Positions 26,382 through 35,678 of a stretch of DNA of 47,233 bases are shown piece by piece. The notes beneath the pieces are model-generated. The model did not search any database. It was not told the DNA's origin and saw nothing but the letters and a program-made list of their open reading frames with translations. The stretch is from assembly GCA_013698135.1 (NCBI GenBank), contig JACCVM010000026.1:1-47233 (forward strand). The letters run 5' to 3'. A program made the translations under genes and the position numbers. This stretch comes from Euzebyaceae bacterium. GTDB taxonomy: Bacteria; Actinomycetota; Nitriliruptoria; Euzebyales; Egibacteraceae. How positions within the stretch are numbered: position 1 is the first letter of the stretch; each line of letters opens with the position of its first letter.

Positions 26382-27608
26382 CTACCCGGGCTCGGCGAGG
26401 CTGCTGCCGGCCACCAGCTCGCCGCGCAGCCACACGTGCGTCAGGTTGGCCGGGTCGGCGAAGACCTCGAGGTCGGCCAGTGGGTCGGCGACCAGACTGA
26501 TGCAGTCGGCTTCCTTGCCGGGTTCAAGGGTGCCGAGGTGGTCGCTGACGCCGAGGCACTCGGCGGCGACCCGTGTGGACGCCTCGATGACCGCCATCGG
26601 GGCCATCCCCACCGAACCCATCTGCACCAACTCGGTGGTGTTGCGCCCGTGGGGGATGACCCCTGAGTCGGTGCCCATGGCGACGCGCACACCGGCTTCG
26701 GCAGCCCGCCGGATGGAGTCGCGGTGGATGTCGACCACGTTGCGCGCCTTGCTCAGGCTCGACGGGGAGACACCCTCTGGCGCGTCGAGCACACCCATCG
26801 GCGCCACCAGGGTGGGCACGAGAAACGTGCCGCGCTCCAGCATCATCTCGATGACCTCGTCGTCGAGGTAGATGCCGTGCTCGATCGAACGGACCCCGGC
26901 GCGCACGGCGTTGGCGATGCCATGGGTGCCCTGCGCGTGCGCCATCACCGACACGCGCGACGCCTGCGCCTCGGCGACGATCACCTCCAGCTCGGCGGGC
27001 AGGAACTGCGACGCCTGCGGGTTGTCGTGCGCTGACAGCACACCGCCCGTGGAGCAGATCTTGACGAAGTCGGCGCCGGCACGGATGACCTCACGGACCT
27101 TGCGCAGCACACCTTCGGGCCCGTCGCAGACCCCGTCCGGCCGGCCGGGATGAGGCACGAACAAGAACGGCACAGTGCCGCCGCAGATCATCCAGTCGTC
27201 ACCGTGACCGCCGGTCTGCGACAGCACGGACACCGTGATACTCAGGCGCGGGCCGATGATCAGTCCCTGATCGACCGCCGCCTTCACACCCAGGTCAGCC
27301 CCGCCGGCGTCGCGGACCGAGGTCACCCCTCCCGCCAGGGTCCGCGCCAGGTTCTGGGCGCCGAGATAGAACTGCAGCGAGAACGGGGTGTTGATGACCG
27401 TCATCAAGTTGATCGACGAAGCCATCACGTGGGTGTGGCAGTCGATGATTCCCGGCAGCAGCCACCGGCCCGTCAAGTCGACGGCCACGTCGCCGTCGAG
27501 GCCGGAGCCGATGTCGGCGATGCGTCCGTCCTCCACCACGAGATCGGCGATGGACGGATCGGCGCCTGTACCGTCGATGATCGTGGCCTGCTGCAGCAGC
27601 GTCCTCAT
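26382..27608 (-). CDS. Amidohydrolase-superfamily metal-dependent hydrolase
   Basis: 408 aa with AAGGAGG upstream of ATG 27608. Contains PGIIDCHTHV (HxH metal site) and later H and D motifs. The substrate is unknown. Confidence 0.85.
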   Translation of the reverse strand: MRTLLQQATIIDGTGADPSIADLVVEDGRIADIGSGLDGDVAVDLTGRWLLPGIIDCHTHVMASSINLMTVINTPFSLQFYLGAQNLARTLAGGVTSVRDAGGADLGVKAAVDQGLIIGPRLSITVSVLSQTGGHGDDWMICGGTVPFLFVPHPGRPDGVCDGPEGVLRKVREVIRAGADFVKICSTGGVLSAHDNPQASQFLPAELEVIVAEAQASRVSVMAHAQGTHGIANAVRAGVRSIEHGIYLDDEVIEMMLERGTFLVPTLVAPMGVLDAPEGVSPSSLSKARNVVDIHRDSIRRAAEAGVRVAMGTDSGVIPHGRNTTELVQMGSVGMAPMAVIEASTRVAAECLGVSDHLGTLEPGKEADCISLVADPLADLEVFADPANLTHVWLRGELVAGSSLAEPG

Positions 27609-27649
27609 CCGCGAGCCTCCTTGTCGGGGAGGCGCACCCTACCCAACGG

Positions 27650-28387
27650 TTATTCGGCGGCGGCGGCGATCACGGTGTCGGCCAGCTCGAAGCGGCAGAT
27701 GAGCAGGTCGGGCAGCCAGGGGTTGGGCCGGTTGTAGCGCAACGCCGAGCCGTCCAGCCGCGACACGTGCAAGCCGGCGGCCGCCGCGACGGCCACCGGC
27801 GCGGCGGAGTCCCACTCGTACTGCCCGCCGGCGTGGCAATAGACGTCCGCCTCCCCACGGACCACGGCCATGGCCTTGGCGCCCGCCGACCCCATGGGCA
27901 CCAGCTCGGCGTCCAGCGCCGCCGCGACCTGGTCAGTCACCGCCGGTGGCCGCGTCCGGCTGACCACCAGGCGGGGCTTGCCGTTATGAGCGGCTGGCAC
28001 CCGTGGCGGGTCATCGGTCGACAGCACCAGGTCGAGGCCGGGCAAGGCCACGGCGCCGACCACCGGCTGCCCGTCCACGGCCAGCGCGACGTGGACGGCC
28101 CAGTCGCTACGGCCCGGCTCGCCGAACTCGCGGGTCCCGTCCAGCGGATCCACGATCCACACACGCTGCCGATCCAGGCGCTGGGTGCTGTCGCTGCCCT
28201 CCTCGGACAGCACCGCGTCGTCGGGAAACGCCTCGGCCAGCAGCGACATGATGCTTTCGTGGGAACGCCGATCCCCCTCGTCGCGCAGCGCCTTGTCGGC
28301 CAGCTCAGGCTGGGCGCGCAGCCGCAGCAGCAGGCGCCCTGCCGCCTCAGCGATGCCGGCGGCGGCACGGTGCTCGACGTCGATCAT
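27650..28387 (-). CDS. cysQ: 3'(2'),5'-bisphosphate nucleotidase / inositol monophosphatase family
   Basis: 245 aa from ATG 28387 (MIDVEHRAAA...). Contains SEEG and WIVDPLDGTREF motifs, then GSAGAK. The upstream 107 codons of the track ORF are Arg/Gly junk overlapping the PP2C gene. Confidence 0.85.
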   Translation of the reverse strand: MIDVEHRAAAGIAEAAGRLLLRLRAQPELADKALRDEGDRRSHESIMSLLAEAFPDDAVLSEEGSDSTQRLDRQRVWIVDPLDGTREFGEPGRSDWAVHVALAVDGQPVVGAVALPGLDLVLSTDDPPRVPAAHNGKPRLVVSRTRPPAVTDQVAAALDAELVPMGSAGAKAMAVVRGEADVYCHAGGQYEWDSAAPVAVAAAAGLHVSRLDGSALRYNRPNPWLPDLLICRFELADTVIAAAAE

Positions 28388-29160
28388 GGGGCCACCACGC
28401 CCACGGCGACGTTGTCGCCTGCCCCGCCGTCGAACGCGGCGTCGACCAAGCCCGCAGCGACCACCGCGGCGTCGGCATTGCCGCCGAGCAGCGCGGTGGG
28501 GAACGGATGAGCGAAGTCGCTGAAGCCGTCGCTGGCGACGATCAACCACTGGTTGTCGTGCAAGGCAGTCCTTCCGTGCTCGAGGAGGTCGGGCAACACC
28601 CGGCGTGGCATGCCGCGGCAACCGATGAAGCGGTGGCGAGGGGCCGGCAGGCGCGTGGCCGCGGCGGAGCCGGCGGCGTAGACCACCGAGTCTCCGAACG
28701 AGCCCCACTGCAGCCGGCGGTCGGCCACGAGCGCCACCACCAGCGTCGTGCGGCTGTCCGGCGCGTCACTGCCCCAACGTTGCGTCCGCGCCAGCACCGC
28801 CTGCTGCGCCCGCCAGAACAGCCCCGCCATCTCGTCGTCGGTCAGGTCGGCCGGCGGCGGGTCGTCACCGACGTCGTCGAGCACCGCCTGCACGGCCGCC
28901 TCGGTCGCCGGCCAGCCGTTGTGCCCGTCGGCGAGCACCAGCAGCGTGGCACGCGGGCCGACCACCGTGGCGACGGCGTCCTCGTTGGGATCGGTGTAGG
29001 CGTAGGCCTTGAGGTGCCGGCCACGGCTCAGGGCCAGCGCGACGCCGCCGTCGACCTTCTCGACGGCGGTGATCCCCAACTCTGTGTGATCACGTCCCCA
29101 CAGCACGGCACGCATACCGGCCAGGGTACGCGGTGGGCCGCATGGCACGATGGGCGTCAT
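28384..29160 (-). CDS. PP2C-family protein serine/threonine phosphatase
   Basis: PNEDA, LADGHNG, ASDGFSD and GDNVAV segments match PP2C metal-binding motifs. ATG 29160 has GAGGGA 6 nt upstream, and ATG 29115 is an alternative start. The stop overlaps the cysQ start (ATGA). Confidence 0.75.
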   Translation of the reverse strand: MTPIVPCGPPRTLAGMRAVLWGRDHTELGITAVEKVDGGVALALSRGRHLKAYAYTDPNEDAVATVVGPRATLLVLADGHNGWPATEAAVQAVLDDVGDDPPPADLTDDEMAGLFWRAQQAVLARTQRWGSDAPDSRTTLVVALVADRRLQWGSFGDSVVYAAGSAAATRLPAPRHRFIGCRGMPRRVLPDLLEHGRTALHDNQWLIVASDGFSDFAHPFPTALLGGNADAAVVAAGLVDAAFDGGAGDNVAVGVVAP

Positions 29161-30562
29161 GGCCCATCCCTCGCGAGCCGCTGACGACGCTGGCGCCGGC
29201 GCACTGGGGTCGCGGACGCAACGGGCGGCCGAACTGGCGCGCCTGTCGGCCTCAACGGGTGCCGGCTTCCTCGGCTCGCGCGTGCGCCGCTTGCGCGAAG
29301 GCGACGTTGCCGACGCCCGCTTCCACACCGAGACCGCCGAGAAGATGCTGGAGTTGCTCGGCTCCATGAAGGGGGCGGCGATGAAGCTGGGGCAGATCGC
29401 CAGCTTCGTCGACATGGACCTGCCGCCAGAGGTGCAGCAGACCTACCACGAGGTCTTGGCACAGCTGCGCGACGCCGCCCCGCCGATGGAGGCCGGGCAC
29501 ATCGCCGACGTGATCGCCGAGGAGTTCGGCGCTGCGCCGGACACGGTCTTCGCCGAGTGGGACCCCGTACCGCTGGCCGCCGCCAGCATCGGGCAGGTCC
29601 ACCGCGCGCGGTTGCCCGACGGCACCGCGGTGGTCACCAAGGTGCAGTACCCGGGGGTCGCCGAGGCCGTGCAGGCCGATCTGGCCAACGCCGAGCTGTT
29701 CGCGCCGTTGGCAAGGGTATTGTCCCCCAACCTGCAGATCCGCCCGTTGATGGAGGAGCTGCGCGACCGGCTGGTCGACGAGCTGGACTACCAGCGTGAG
29801 GCCACCTACCAGCAGGCGTTCTTCGAACGCTACGACGGTCACCCGTTCATTCGGGTGCCTCGTGTCTATCCCGACTGGTGCCGCCCTCGGGTCCTGACCA
29901 GCGCGTTCGCCGAGGGCGCGTCGTTTGACCACATGGTGGCCAGCAGCACTCCTGAGGAGCGCCAGCGCTACGGTGAGATCATCTTCCGCTTCGTGTTCGG
30001 TTCGCTCAACCGCTTCCGGCTGTTCAACGGCGATCCCCATCCTGGCAACTACCTGTTCCCAGGGAACGGCACGGTGGTCTTCCTCGACTTCGGCAGCGTC
30101 AAGATGTTCCGCTCCGCCACCCGGACGCAGATGCAATCCCAGATCGCCGCGGTGCAGGCCAACGACGTCGACCAGATGATGGCCGTGCTCCGCGCGGCGG
30201 ACTTCCTGCCTGCTGGCCAGCGTATTGACGAAGCCAAGCTGCTGCGCTGGTTCCGCAAGCTCAACGAGCCGATTCTCGAGGATCGCGAGTGGACCTACAC
30301 CGGCGAGTTTGCCCGCGAGGTGCTGCGCACCACCAGCGACCCTCGCGAGGGCTACTTCGACCTCCTGCGCCGGCTGAACCTGCCGCCCGACTATCTGTTG
30401 CTCAACCGGATCCAGATCGGGGTCAACTCGATCCTTGGTCAGCTGGCAGCCACGGCCAACTGGTACCGCATCGCCCAGGAGATGTCCTTCGACGCCGCGC
30501 CGGCCACCGATCTGGGACGCCAGGAGGCGGCGTTCATGGCGGCGTCGCCGTTCCGGGCGTAG
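29150..30562 (+). CDS. ABC1/UbiB/AarF atypical protein-kinase-like family protein
   Basis: 470 aa with LGSMKGAAMKLGQIASF (KxGQ motif), AAASIGQVHRA, and ...NGDPHPGNYLF...VVFLDFG (catalytic HPGN / DFG-like). Start is ATG 29150 or 29159. Confidence 0.85.
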   Translation: MGVMAHPSRAADDAGAGALGSRTQRAAELARLSASTGAGFLGSRVRRLREGDVADARFHTETAEKMLELLGSMKGAAMKLGQIASFVDMDLPPEVQQTYHEVLAQLRDAAPPMEAGHIADVIAEEFGAAPDTVFAEWDPVPLAAASIGQVHRARLPDGTAVVTKVQYPGVAEAVQADLANAELFAPLARVLSPNLQIRPLMEELRDRLVDELDYQREATYQQAFFERYDGHPFIRVPRVYPDWCRPRVLTSAFAEGASFDHMVASSTPEERQRYGEIIFRFVFGSLNRFRLFNGDPHPGNYLFPGNGTVVFLDFGSVKMFRSATRTQMQSQIAAVQANDVDQMMAVLRAADFLPAGQRIDEAKLLRWFRKLNEPILEDREWTYTGEFAREVLRTTSDPREGYFDLLRRLNLPPDYLLLNRIQIGVNSILGQLAATANWYRIAQEMSFDAAPATDLGRQEAAFMAASPFRA

Positions 30563-30645
30563 CGGCGGCCAGACATCGCACGCTCTGGCGGCTCGTGCTG
30601 GCACGGTGCCTTGCAGGCATCGGACAGGCTTCGTAGCCTGCCGCC

Positions 30646-31959
30646 ATGTCGCTGGACGCGTTGGAACGCCGGATCGTCGAGGCGGTCGCCGCGCGTCGCG
30701 ACGAGCTGGTAGCGCTGACCTGCGAGCTGATCCGTTTCGACACCACCGCTCGGGGTGTTGGTGACAAGGCCCGCGACGAGGCCGACCTGCAACACTACCT
30801 GGCGCAGCGTCTTGAACGGGCCGGCGCGGCGGTCGATGTCTGGCAACCGGCGGCAAGCGACATCGCCGGTCAACCGTTGATCCCGCCCGGCCTCGGGTTC
30901 GACGGCTTCCCGCAGCTGATCGGGCGCTTCGCCGGGTCCGGCACGGGTCGCAGCCTGCTGCTCAACGGCCACATCGACGTCGTCTCACCCGAGCCGCTGG
31001 ACGGCTGGACCAGCGGCCCCAACGACCCCGAGGTCCGCGACGGCCTGTTGTACGGCCGCGGCGCCTGCGACATGAAAGGCGGGATCGCCGCCATGGTCGT
31101 GGCCGCCGAGGTCCTCGCGGCCCAGGGTGTGCGGTTGGCCGGCGACCTGCTGGTCAACACCGTCACCGACGAGGAGACCAGCGGCGCCGGAGGCGTGGCC
31201 AGCGTCGCCCACGGCGTACGCGCCGACGGTGCCGTCGTGACCGAACCCACCAGCCTCGACATCGGGGTCGCCTTCCGCGGCAGCACCCTGGCCACCATCA
31301 CCGTGCCGGGCAGAGCCGGCCACGCCACCGCCCTGCAGCCGCACTGGACCGACGACGGCGCCGTCAACGCCATCGAGAAGTCGGTGATCGTGCTGGACGC
31401 CCTGCGCCGCCTGCGCGACGAATGGCGCGGCCGGCCCGATCACCGCCACGCCTACCTGTCAACGCCCAACGTCCTGGTCACCGCGATGGCCGCCGGCCAG
31501 TGGGAAGTCAGCTATCCAGCCTCGGCGAGCCTCAGCTGCCACGTCACCTACCTGCCAGCCTCCGCCGACGACCAGGGCGGCGGCAGTGCGGTGCAGCGCG
31601 AGGTCGCCGACTGGATCCTGGCGGCAGCCCGGTCGGACGCGTGGCTGGCCGAGCACCCTCCCACCGTCGAGTGGGGTCCGGACTGCCCTCCCGCCGAAGT
31701 GCAGACCGCCGAGTCGATCGTGGCGGTGGTCAAAGCGGCCGGCGACGACCTCGGCCAAGGCGGTGCTCTGGCAGGCGCGGACTTCTGGAGTGACGCGGTG
31801 ACGCTCAACCGCCTGGCCGCCACCCCGGCGGTCGTCGCCGGACCCGGCTCGGTAAAGGTCGCCCACACCGTCAACGAGTACGTACCCGTCGACGACCTCG
31901 TGGCCTCCGCTCAGGCTGCGGCCCTGACCGCCATGCGCTTCTGCGGAACGGCACCGTAG
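30646..31959 (+). CDS. M20 family metallopeptidase (ArgE/DapE/ACY1/CPG2-like)
   Basis: 437 aa with LLLNGHIDVV, GRGACDMKGG and TDEETSGAGG, the canonical M20 Zn-binding segments. Confidence 0.88.
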   Translation: MSLDALERRIVEAVAARRDELVALTCELIRFDTTARGVGDKARDEADLQHYLAQRLERAGAAVDVWQPAASDIAGQPLIPPGLGFDGFPQLIGRFAGSGTGRSLLLNGHIDVVSPEPLDGWTSGPNDPEVRDGLLYGRGACDMKGGIAAMVVAAEVLAAQGVRLAGDLLVNTVTDEETSGAGGVASVAHGVRADGAVVTEPTSLDIGVAFRGSTLATITVPGRAGHATALQPHWTDDGAVNAIEKSVIVLDALRRLRDEWRGRPDHRHAYLSTPNVLVTAMAAGQWEVSYPASASLSCHVTYLPASADDQGGGSAVQREVADWILAAARSDAWLAEHPPTVEWGPDCPPAEVQTAESIVAVVKAAGDDLGQGGALAGADFWSDAVTLNRLAATPAVVAGPGSVKVAHTVNEYVPVDDLVASAQAAALTAMRFCGTAP

Positions 31960-31965
31960 GCCCGT

Positions 31966-34899
31966 TCACCAGCCGTCGTCGAACACCTGCCCCAGCGCGC
32001 CGGCGAGGACATCGATGTCGTCGCGGGTGACGCACAGGGGGGGCTTGAGCTTGAGAATGTTCGCGCCGGCACCGGTGGGCTGCACCACGACACCGAGCTC
32101 CAGCAGCCGTTGCGAGATTGCGGCGGCCTCGGCGGACGCCGGGCGGGGCGGGTCGCCGACACCGACCAGCTCGATCCCCCGGTACAGGCCGAGACCGTGC
32201 AGCGCTCCGGCGAGGGGATGGGCGTCGACCAGCGGGCCCAAGCGTTCGGTCAGGTAGTTCCCGACCTCGCGAGCATTTCGCTGCAGCTGCTCCTCCCGCA
32301 GCACGTCGAGGACGGCCAGACCGACCTCGCAGGAGACAGGGCCGCCGCCGACCGACGAGAACAGGTCGTTGGAGCGCCCGAAGGCGTCGGCGATCGCCTG
32401 GGTGGTGATCACCGCGGCGACGGGATGACCGTTGCCGGCCGACTTCGCGACCGTGACGATGTCGGGGACGACGCCCTGCTGCTCAAAGGCCCAGAAGTAG
32501 GCGCCGAGCCGGCCGTACCCCACCTGTACCTCGTCGGCGATGCACAGACCACCGGCGTCGCGCACCGCCCTGTAGAGCACTTGCAGATAGCCCGGCGGCA
32601 GGAGCAGGCCTCCTGAGTTGCCCAGCAGCGGCTCGCTGATGAAGGCAGCCGGAGCACGCCCCTCGATGGCCAGATCGTCAATGACCCGCCGCGAAGCGTC
32701 CAGGCGGGCGGCGAGCGTGGCGACGTCATCGCCGAACGCGGGCTTGGGCAGCGGATGGACGGCTGCACTGCTGTCGCGACCGTGCGCGGGCGCCGCCGTG
32801 TCCTTGATCGCGGCCGTCCAGCCGTGGTAGCTGGCGTCCAGGCAGAGCACATCGCGGCGCCCGGTGAACTCGCGCGCCAGACGCACCGCGAGGTCGTTGG
32901 CCTCGCTGCCGGAGTTGAGTAGGAAGACCGCCTGCAGCGGCGGGGGCACGAGGCCGGCGAGGCGTTCGGCGAACCGACCCATCGCGTCGTACAAGAAGCG
33001 CGTGTTGGTGTTGAGCAGTCGCAGCTGCCGGGCGGCCGCCTCCTCGATGCGCGGGTGGCTGTGGCCGACGATGGCGATGTTGTTGATCATGTCCAGGTAC
33101 CGGCGACCGTCGATGTCGTACAGCCACTGACGCCAGCCGCGCTCCATGCGTCGCGGCGTCGGGGGGTAGTACAGGCGCTGCGGGCTGGCAACGAAGCGGC
33201 TGCGGCGTGCCAGCACCGACTCGGTGGACTCCGAGGCCGCGGCGACGCCGAGACCCAGGAGGGGTCCTGGATCGGGGCACAAGGACAGCCACGCCCGCGA
33301 CAGTGACGCCGGCACCAGCCCCGGGAGCCGGTCGAGCGGCCCATCGGCGAGCTGCACGTGCACGTGAGCCGGCAGACGCTGGTCAGCCGCTGGCGGGGCG
33401 ACTCGCCCCAGCGGCTGACCGCGCCGCACGTCGTCACCGGCGGAGGCTGCCGGCACCATGCCGCCCAGCCGCAACCTGAGACCGTCGTCAATTGCCAGCA
33501 GGATCTCGGTTGCCTCGCATCGCAGCACGCGACCGTCGAGCGGGGCGAGCACCGGCGTCTGCTCGGGCAGGAACAGGTCTGCGCCGAGGTGCACCGTCGC
33601 CGGCTCATCCGGACCTGGCTCCTCGTCCACCACGAGTCGCGCCTCACCGTGGCGCCCTACGGCCAGCGCTTCGGCCGAGGCGGTTTCCGCACGAGCGATC
33701 GCCGCAGCGATCGCGACAGCGTCGCGCCAACCGCCTTGGCGCAGGTCGTCGGTCCGCACCGACAGGTCGACTGCGACTGTGCGACGTTGCCCCAACCCCT
33801 CGACAACGGGACCCGCGTCCTGCCAATGCCGGCGGCCCGGCGCCGGCATGGACAGACCGCAGGCTTCGCGGAACATCGCATGGGCCAGTGGCTCAGGGAT
33901 GGCGGCGATCGCCTCGAGTCCTCGCCAGCCTCGATCTACCGACGTGACGACGTAGCGGTTGTCCGGTTCCAGCGCGGCCTGGTGCTCACCGCTGACCGCC
34001 GACAGCGCTGCCCTGGCGGCCAGCAGCGCGGGCAGGGCAGCGATCTCGTCCTCGCGCAGCGGCAGCGCCGCGTGGAATCCAGCAACGACCTGCGCGGCAT
34101 CGTGCAAGGGGCGCGCGCCGGCGCGGGAGGCCATGGCGGCGGCCAGCACGGCGCACTCCGCAGCCAGCCATGAGCGCGCGATGTCGCCGAAGTCGATCAG
34201 GCCGCACGGGGTCGGCCGTCCCGCGCCATCACGGCCCGCGAGCACGTTCCAATCGGTCACGTCGCCGTGGATCGCTTGGCGACGAAGGCTCGCATCCAGC
34301 CGATCGAGCGTCTCGGCCGCCCGAGCCACGGTGTGCTCGGCCAGCCAGCGGCGCTGCTCGTCCGCAACCAACGGGGCGTATGCGCCCACGACATCGGCGG
34401 CGCGCCGTACGTCCCACTGCAGCATCCGGTCAAGGGCCGGGTGGTCGAACGACGCTAGGGCCGCAGCCACCCTTGCCGCCAGGCCGCCGGTGGCACGAAG
34501 GACGCCGGCGGCGAGGTACCCGGCCGCCATCAGTGTCGAGCCCTCCAGATACGTCAGCAGCCGCACCTGGTAGGAGCCACGTTCATGTTCGACCGTCACC
34601 ACATCGTTGCCGTCGACCGCCGGCAGCGCCGACGGCACGGGATCGCGCAGCCTGGCGGCGACGTGCTCCATGGCTCGGTTCTGTAGGTCTACCTCGAGTC
34701 GCGTGAACGCCGGGTTGGCGACCTTGAGCACGTAGCGGCCGCTGTTGGCATCGACCAGGAAGTTCCGGTCCTGGTGGCTGCCCAGCTCCGTCACCGTGCC
34801 GTCGACGCCGAAGCTCGCCCTGGCGATGGCAGCGGCCGCTGCCGCGTCCAGGCGCGGCACTCGCAGCTCCCGCCCGATGAACGAGCTGGATTGTCCCAC
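31966..34899 (-). CDS. Tri-domain fusion: APH/hydroxylysine-kinase-like phosphotransferase + M23/LytM-like domain + class III (AGXT2L/phospho-lyase-type) PLP enzyme
   Basis: 977-aa single ORF with a GTG start. The kinase motifs are HGDVTDWNVL and IDFGD (aa 211-239). The M23 signature HLGAD (HxxxD) and AHVHV (HxH) lies at aa 437-514. The C-terminal aminotransferase-III domain has VAKSAGNGHPVAAVITTQAIADAF, where the K is the PLP lysine. Confidence 0.85.
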   Translation of the reverse strand: MGQSSSFIGRELRVPRLDAAAAAAIARASFGVDGTVTELGSHQDRNFLVDANSGRYVLKVANPAFTRLEVDLQNRAMEHVAARLRDPVPSALPAVDGNDVVTVEHERGSYQVRLLTYLEGSTLMAAGYLAAGVLRATGGLAARVAAALASFDHPALDRMLQWDVRRAADVVGAYAPLVADEQRRWLAEHTVARAAETLDRLDASLRRQAIHGDVTDWNVLAGRDGAGRPTPCGLIDFGDIARSWLAAECAVLAAAMASRAGARPLHDAAQVVAGFHAALPLREDEIAALPALLAARAALSAVSGEHQAALEPDNRYVVTSVDRGWRGLEAIAAIPEPLAHAMFREACGLSMPAPGRRHWQDAGPVVEGLGQRRTVAVDLSVRTDDLRQGGWRDAVAIAAAIARAETASAEALAVGRHGEARLVVDEEPGPDEPATVHLGADLFLPEQTPVLAPLDGRVLRCEATEILLAIDDGLRLRLGGMVPAASAGDDVRRGQPLGRVAPPAADQRLPAHVHVQLADGPLDRLPGLVPASLSRAWLSLCPDPGPLLGLGVAAASESTESVLARRSRFVASPQRLYYPPTPRRMERGWRQWLYDIDGRRYLDMINNIAIVGHSHPRIEEAAARQLRLLNTNTRFLYDAMGRFAERLAGLVPPPLQAVFLLNSGSEANDLAVRLAREFTGRRDVLCLDASYHGWTAAIKDTAAPAHGRDSSAAVHPLPKPAFGDDVATLAARLDASRRVIDDLAIEGRAPAAFISEPLLGNSGGLLLPPGYLQVLYRAVRDAGGLCIADEVQVGYGRLGAYFWAFEQQGVVPDIVTVAKSAGNGHPVAAVITTQAIADAFGRSNDLFSSVGGGPVSCEVGLAVLDVLREEQLQRNAREVGNYLTERLGPLVDAHPLAGALHGLGLYRGIELVGVGDPPRPASAEAAAISQRLLELGVVVQPTGAGANILKLKPPLCVTRDDIDVLAGALGQVFDDGW

Positions 34900-34942
34900 G
34901 ACGCCCGTGCCGGGTGTTCGACCTACAGGAGGAGAACGGCTG

Positions 34943-35134
34943 CTAGTAGGCCGGTTCTTTGGGCGCCAGGATCCACAGGATGACGTACACCAGTTCGCCG
35001 GCGCCGAATACCCCGAACAGGAGGAACGCCAAGCGCACAGTGGTGACGTCCCACCCCAGCCAGTTGGCGACGCCGGCGCACACCCCGGCGATCATCTTGC
35101 CGCGACGCGGTCGGACGAGTTTGCGGCTTGCCAT
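34943..35134 (-). CDS. PspC-domain small membrane protein
   Basis: 63 aa from ATG 35134 with a GGGAAG RBS. RRGKMIAGVCAGVANWLGWDVTTVRLAFLLF is the PspC motif, followed by one TM helix. Confidence 0.8.
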   Translation of the reverse strand: MASRKLVRPRRGKMIAGVCAGVANWLGWDVTTVRLAFLLFGVFGAGELVYVILWILAPKEPAY

Positions 35135-35157
35135 CGTCGCTTCCCTTTCTTGCGGGT

Positions 35158-35556
35158 TCAGACCTCGGGATCCAGCTCCAGCGCCAAGGAGTTGATGCAG
35201 TAGCGCTGCCCGTTCTCGCCGGGACCGTCGTCGAAGACGTGGCCGAGGTGACCGCCGCAGCGGCGGCAGACGACCTCGGTGCGCGTCATGCCGTGGCTGC
35301 GGTCGCTGTGCAGCTCGACGGCTTCGGCGACCGAGGGCTCGGTGAAGCTCGGCCACCCGGTGCCGGAGTTGAACTTGGTCTGTGAGCTGAACAGCTCGGC
35401 TCCGCAGGCGGCGCAGCGGTAGGTGCCGTCGTCCTTGGCGTGCACGTACTTGCCGGTGAAGGGCGGCTCGGTGCCCTTGCGGCGCAGCACGTCGTACTGC
35501 TCCGGCGTGAGCTCGGCCTGCCACTCCTGCTCGGTCTTGGTTACCTCAGCGCTCAT
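35158..35556 (-). CDS. msrB: Peptide-methionine (R)-S-oxide reductase
   Basis: ATG 35556 lies 6 nt after GGAGG. Contains two CxxC pairs (CAACGAEL, CRRCGGHLGHVF) and GTGWPSF. Confidence 0.93.
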   Translation of the reverse strand: MSAEVTKTEQEWQAELTPEQYDVLRRKGTEPPFTGKYVHAKDDGTYRCAACGAELFSSQTKFNSGTGWPSFTEPSVAEAVELHSDRSHGMTRTEVVCRRCGGHLGHVFDDGPGENGQRYCINSLALELDPEV

Positions 35557-35678
35557 CTGCCTGCCTCCGCTGGTCGACACGTGCTTCCCCCACGCTAGCG
35601 CCCGCTTGCACCCGAGGGCACCGCGGCCACCCCCGGTCCAGGTGGCGCCTGGTCCGAGGGTGGGCCCATCAGCGACGC

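Noticed and set aside
26131-26433. 100-aa track ORF as an intact gene
   Set aside because: Its first ~20 codons overlap the amidohydrolase 3' end. Only the middle matches the YjbQ pattern and the family C-terminus is missing. It is treated as part of a pseudogene instead.
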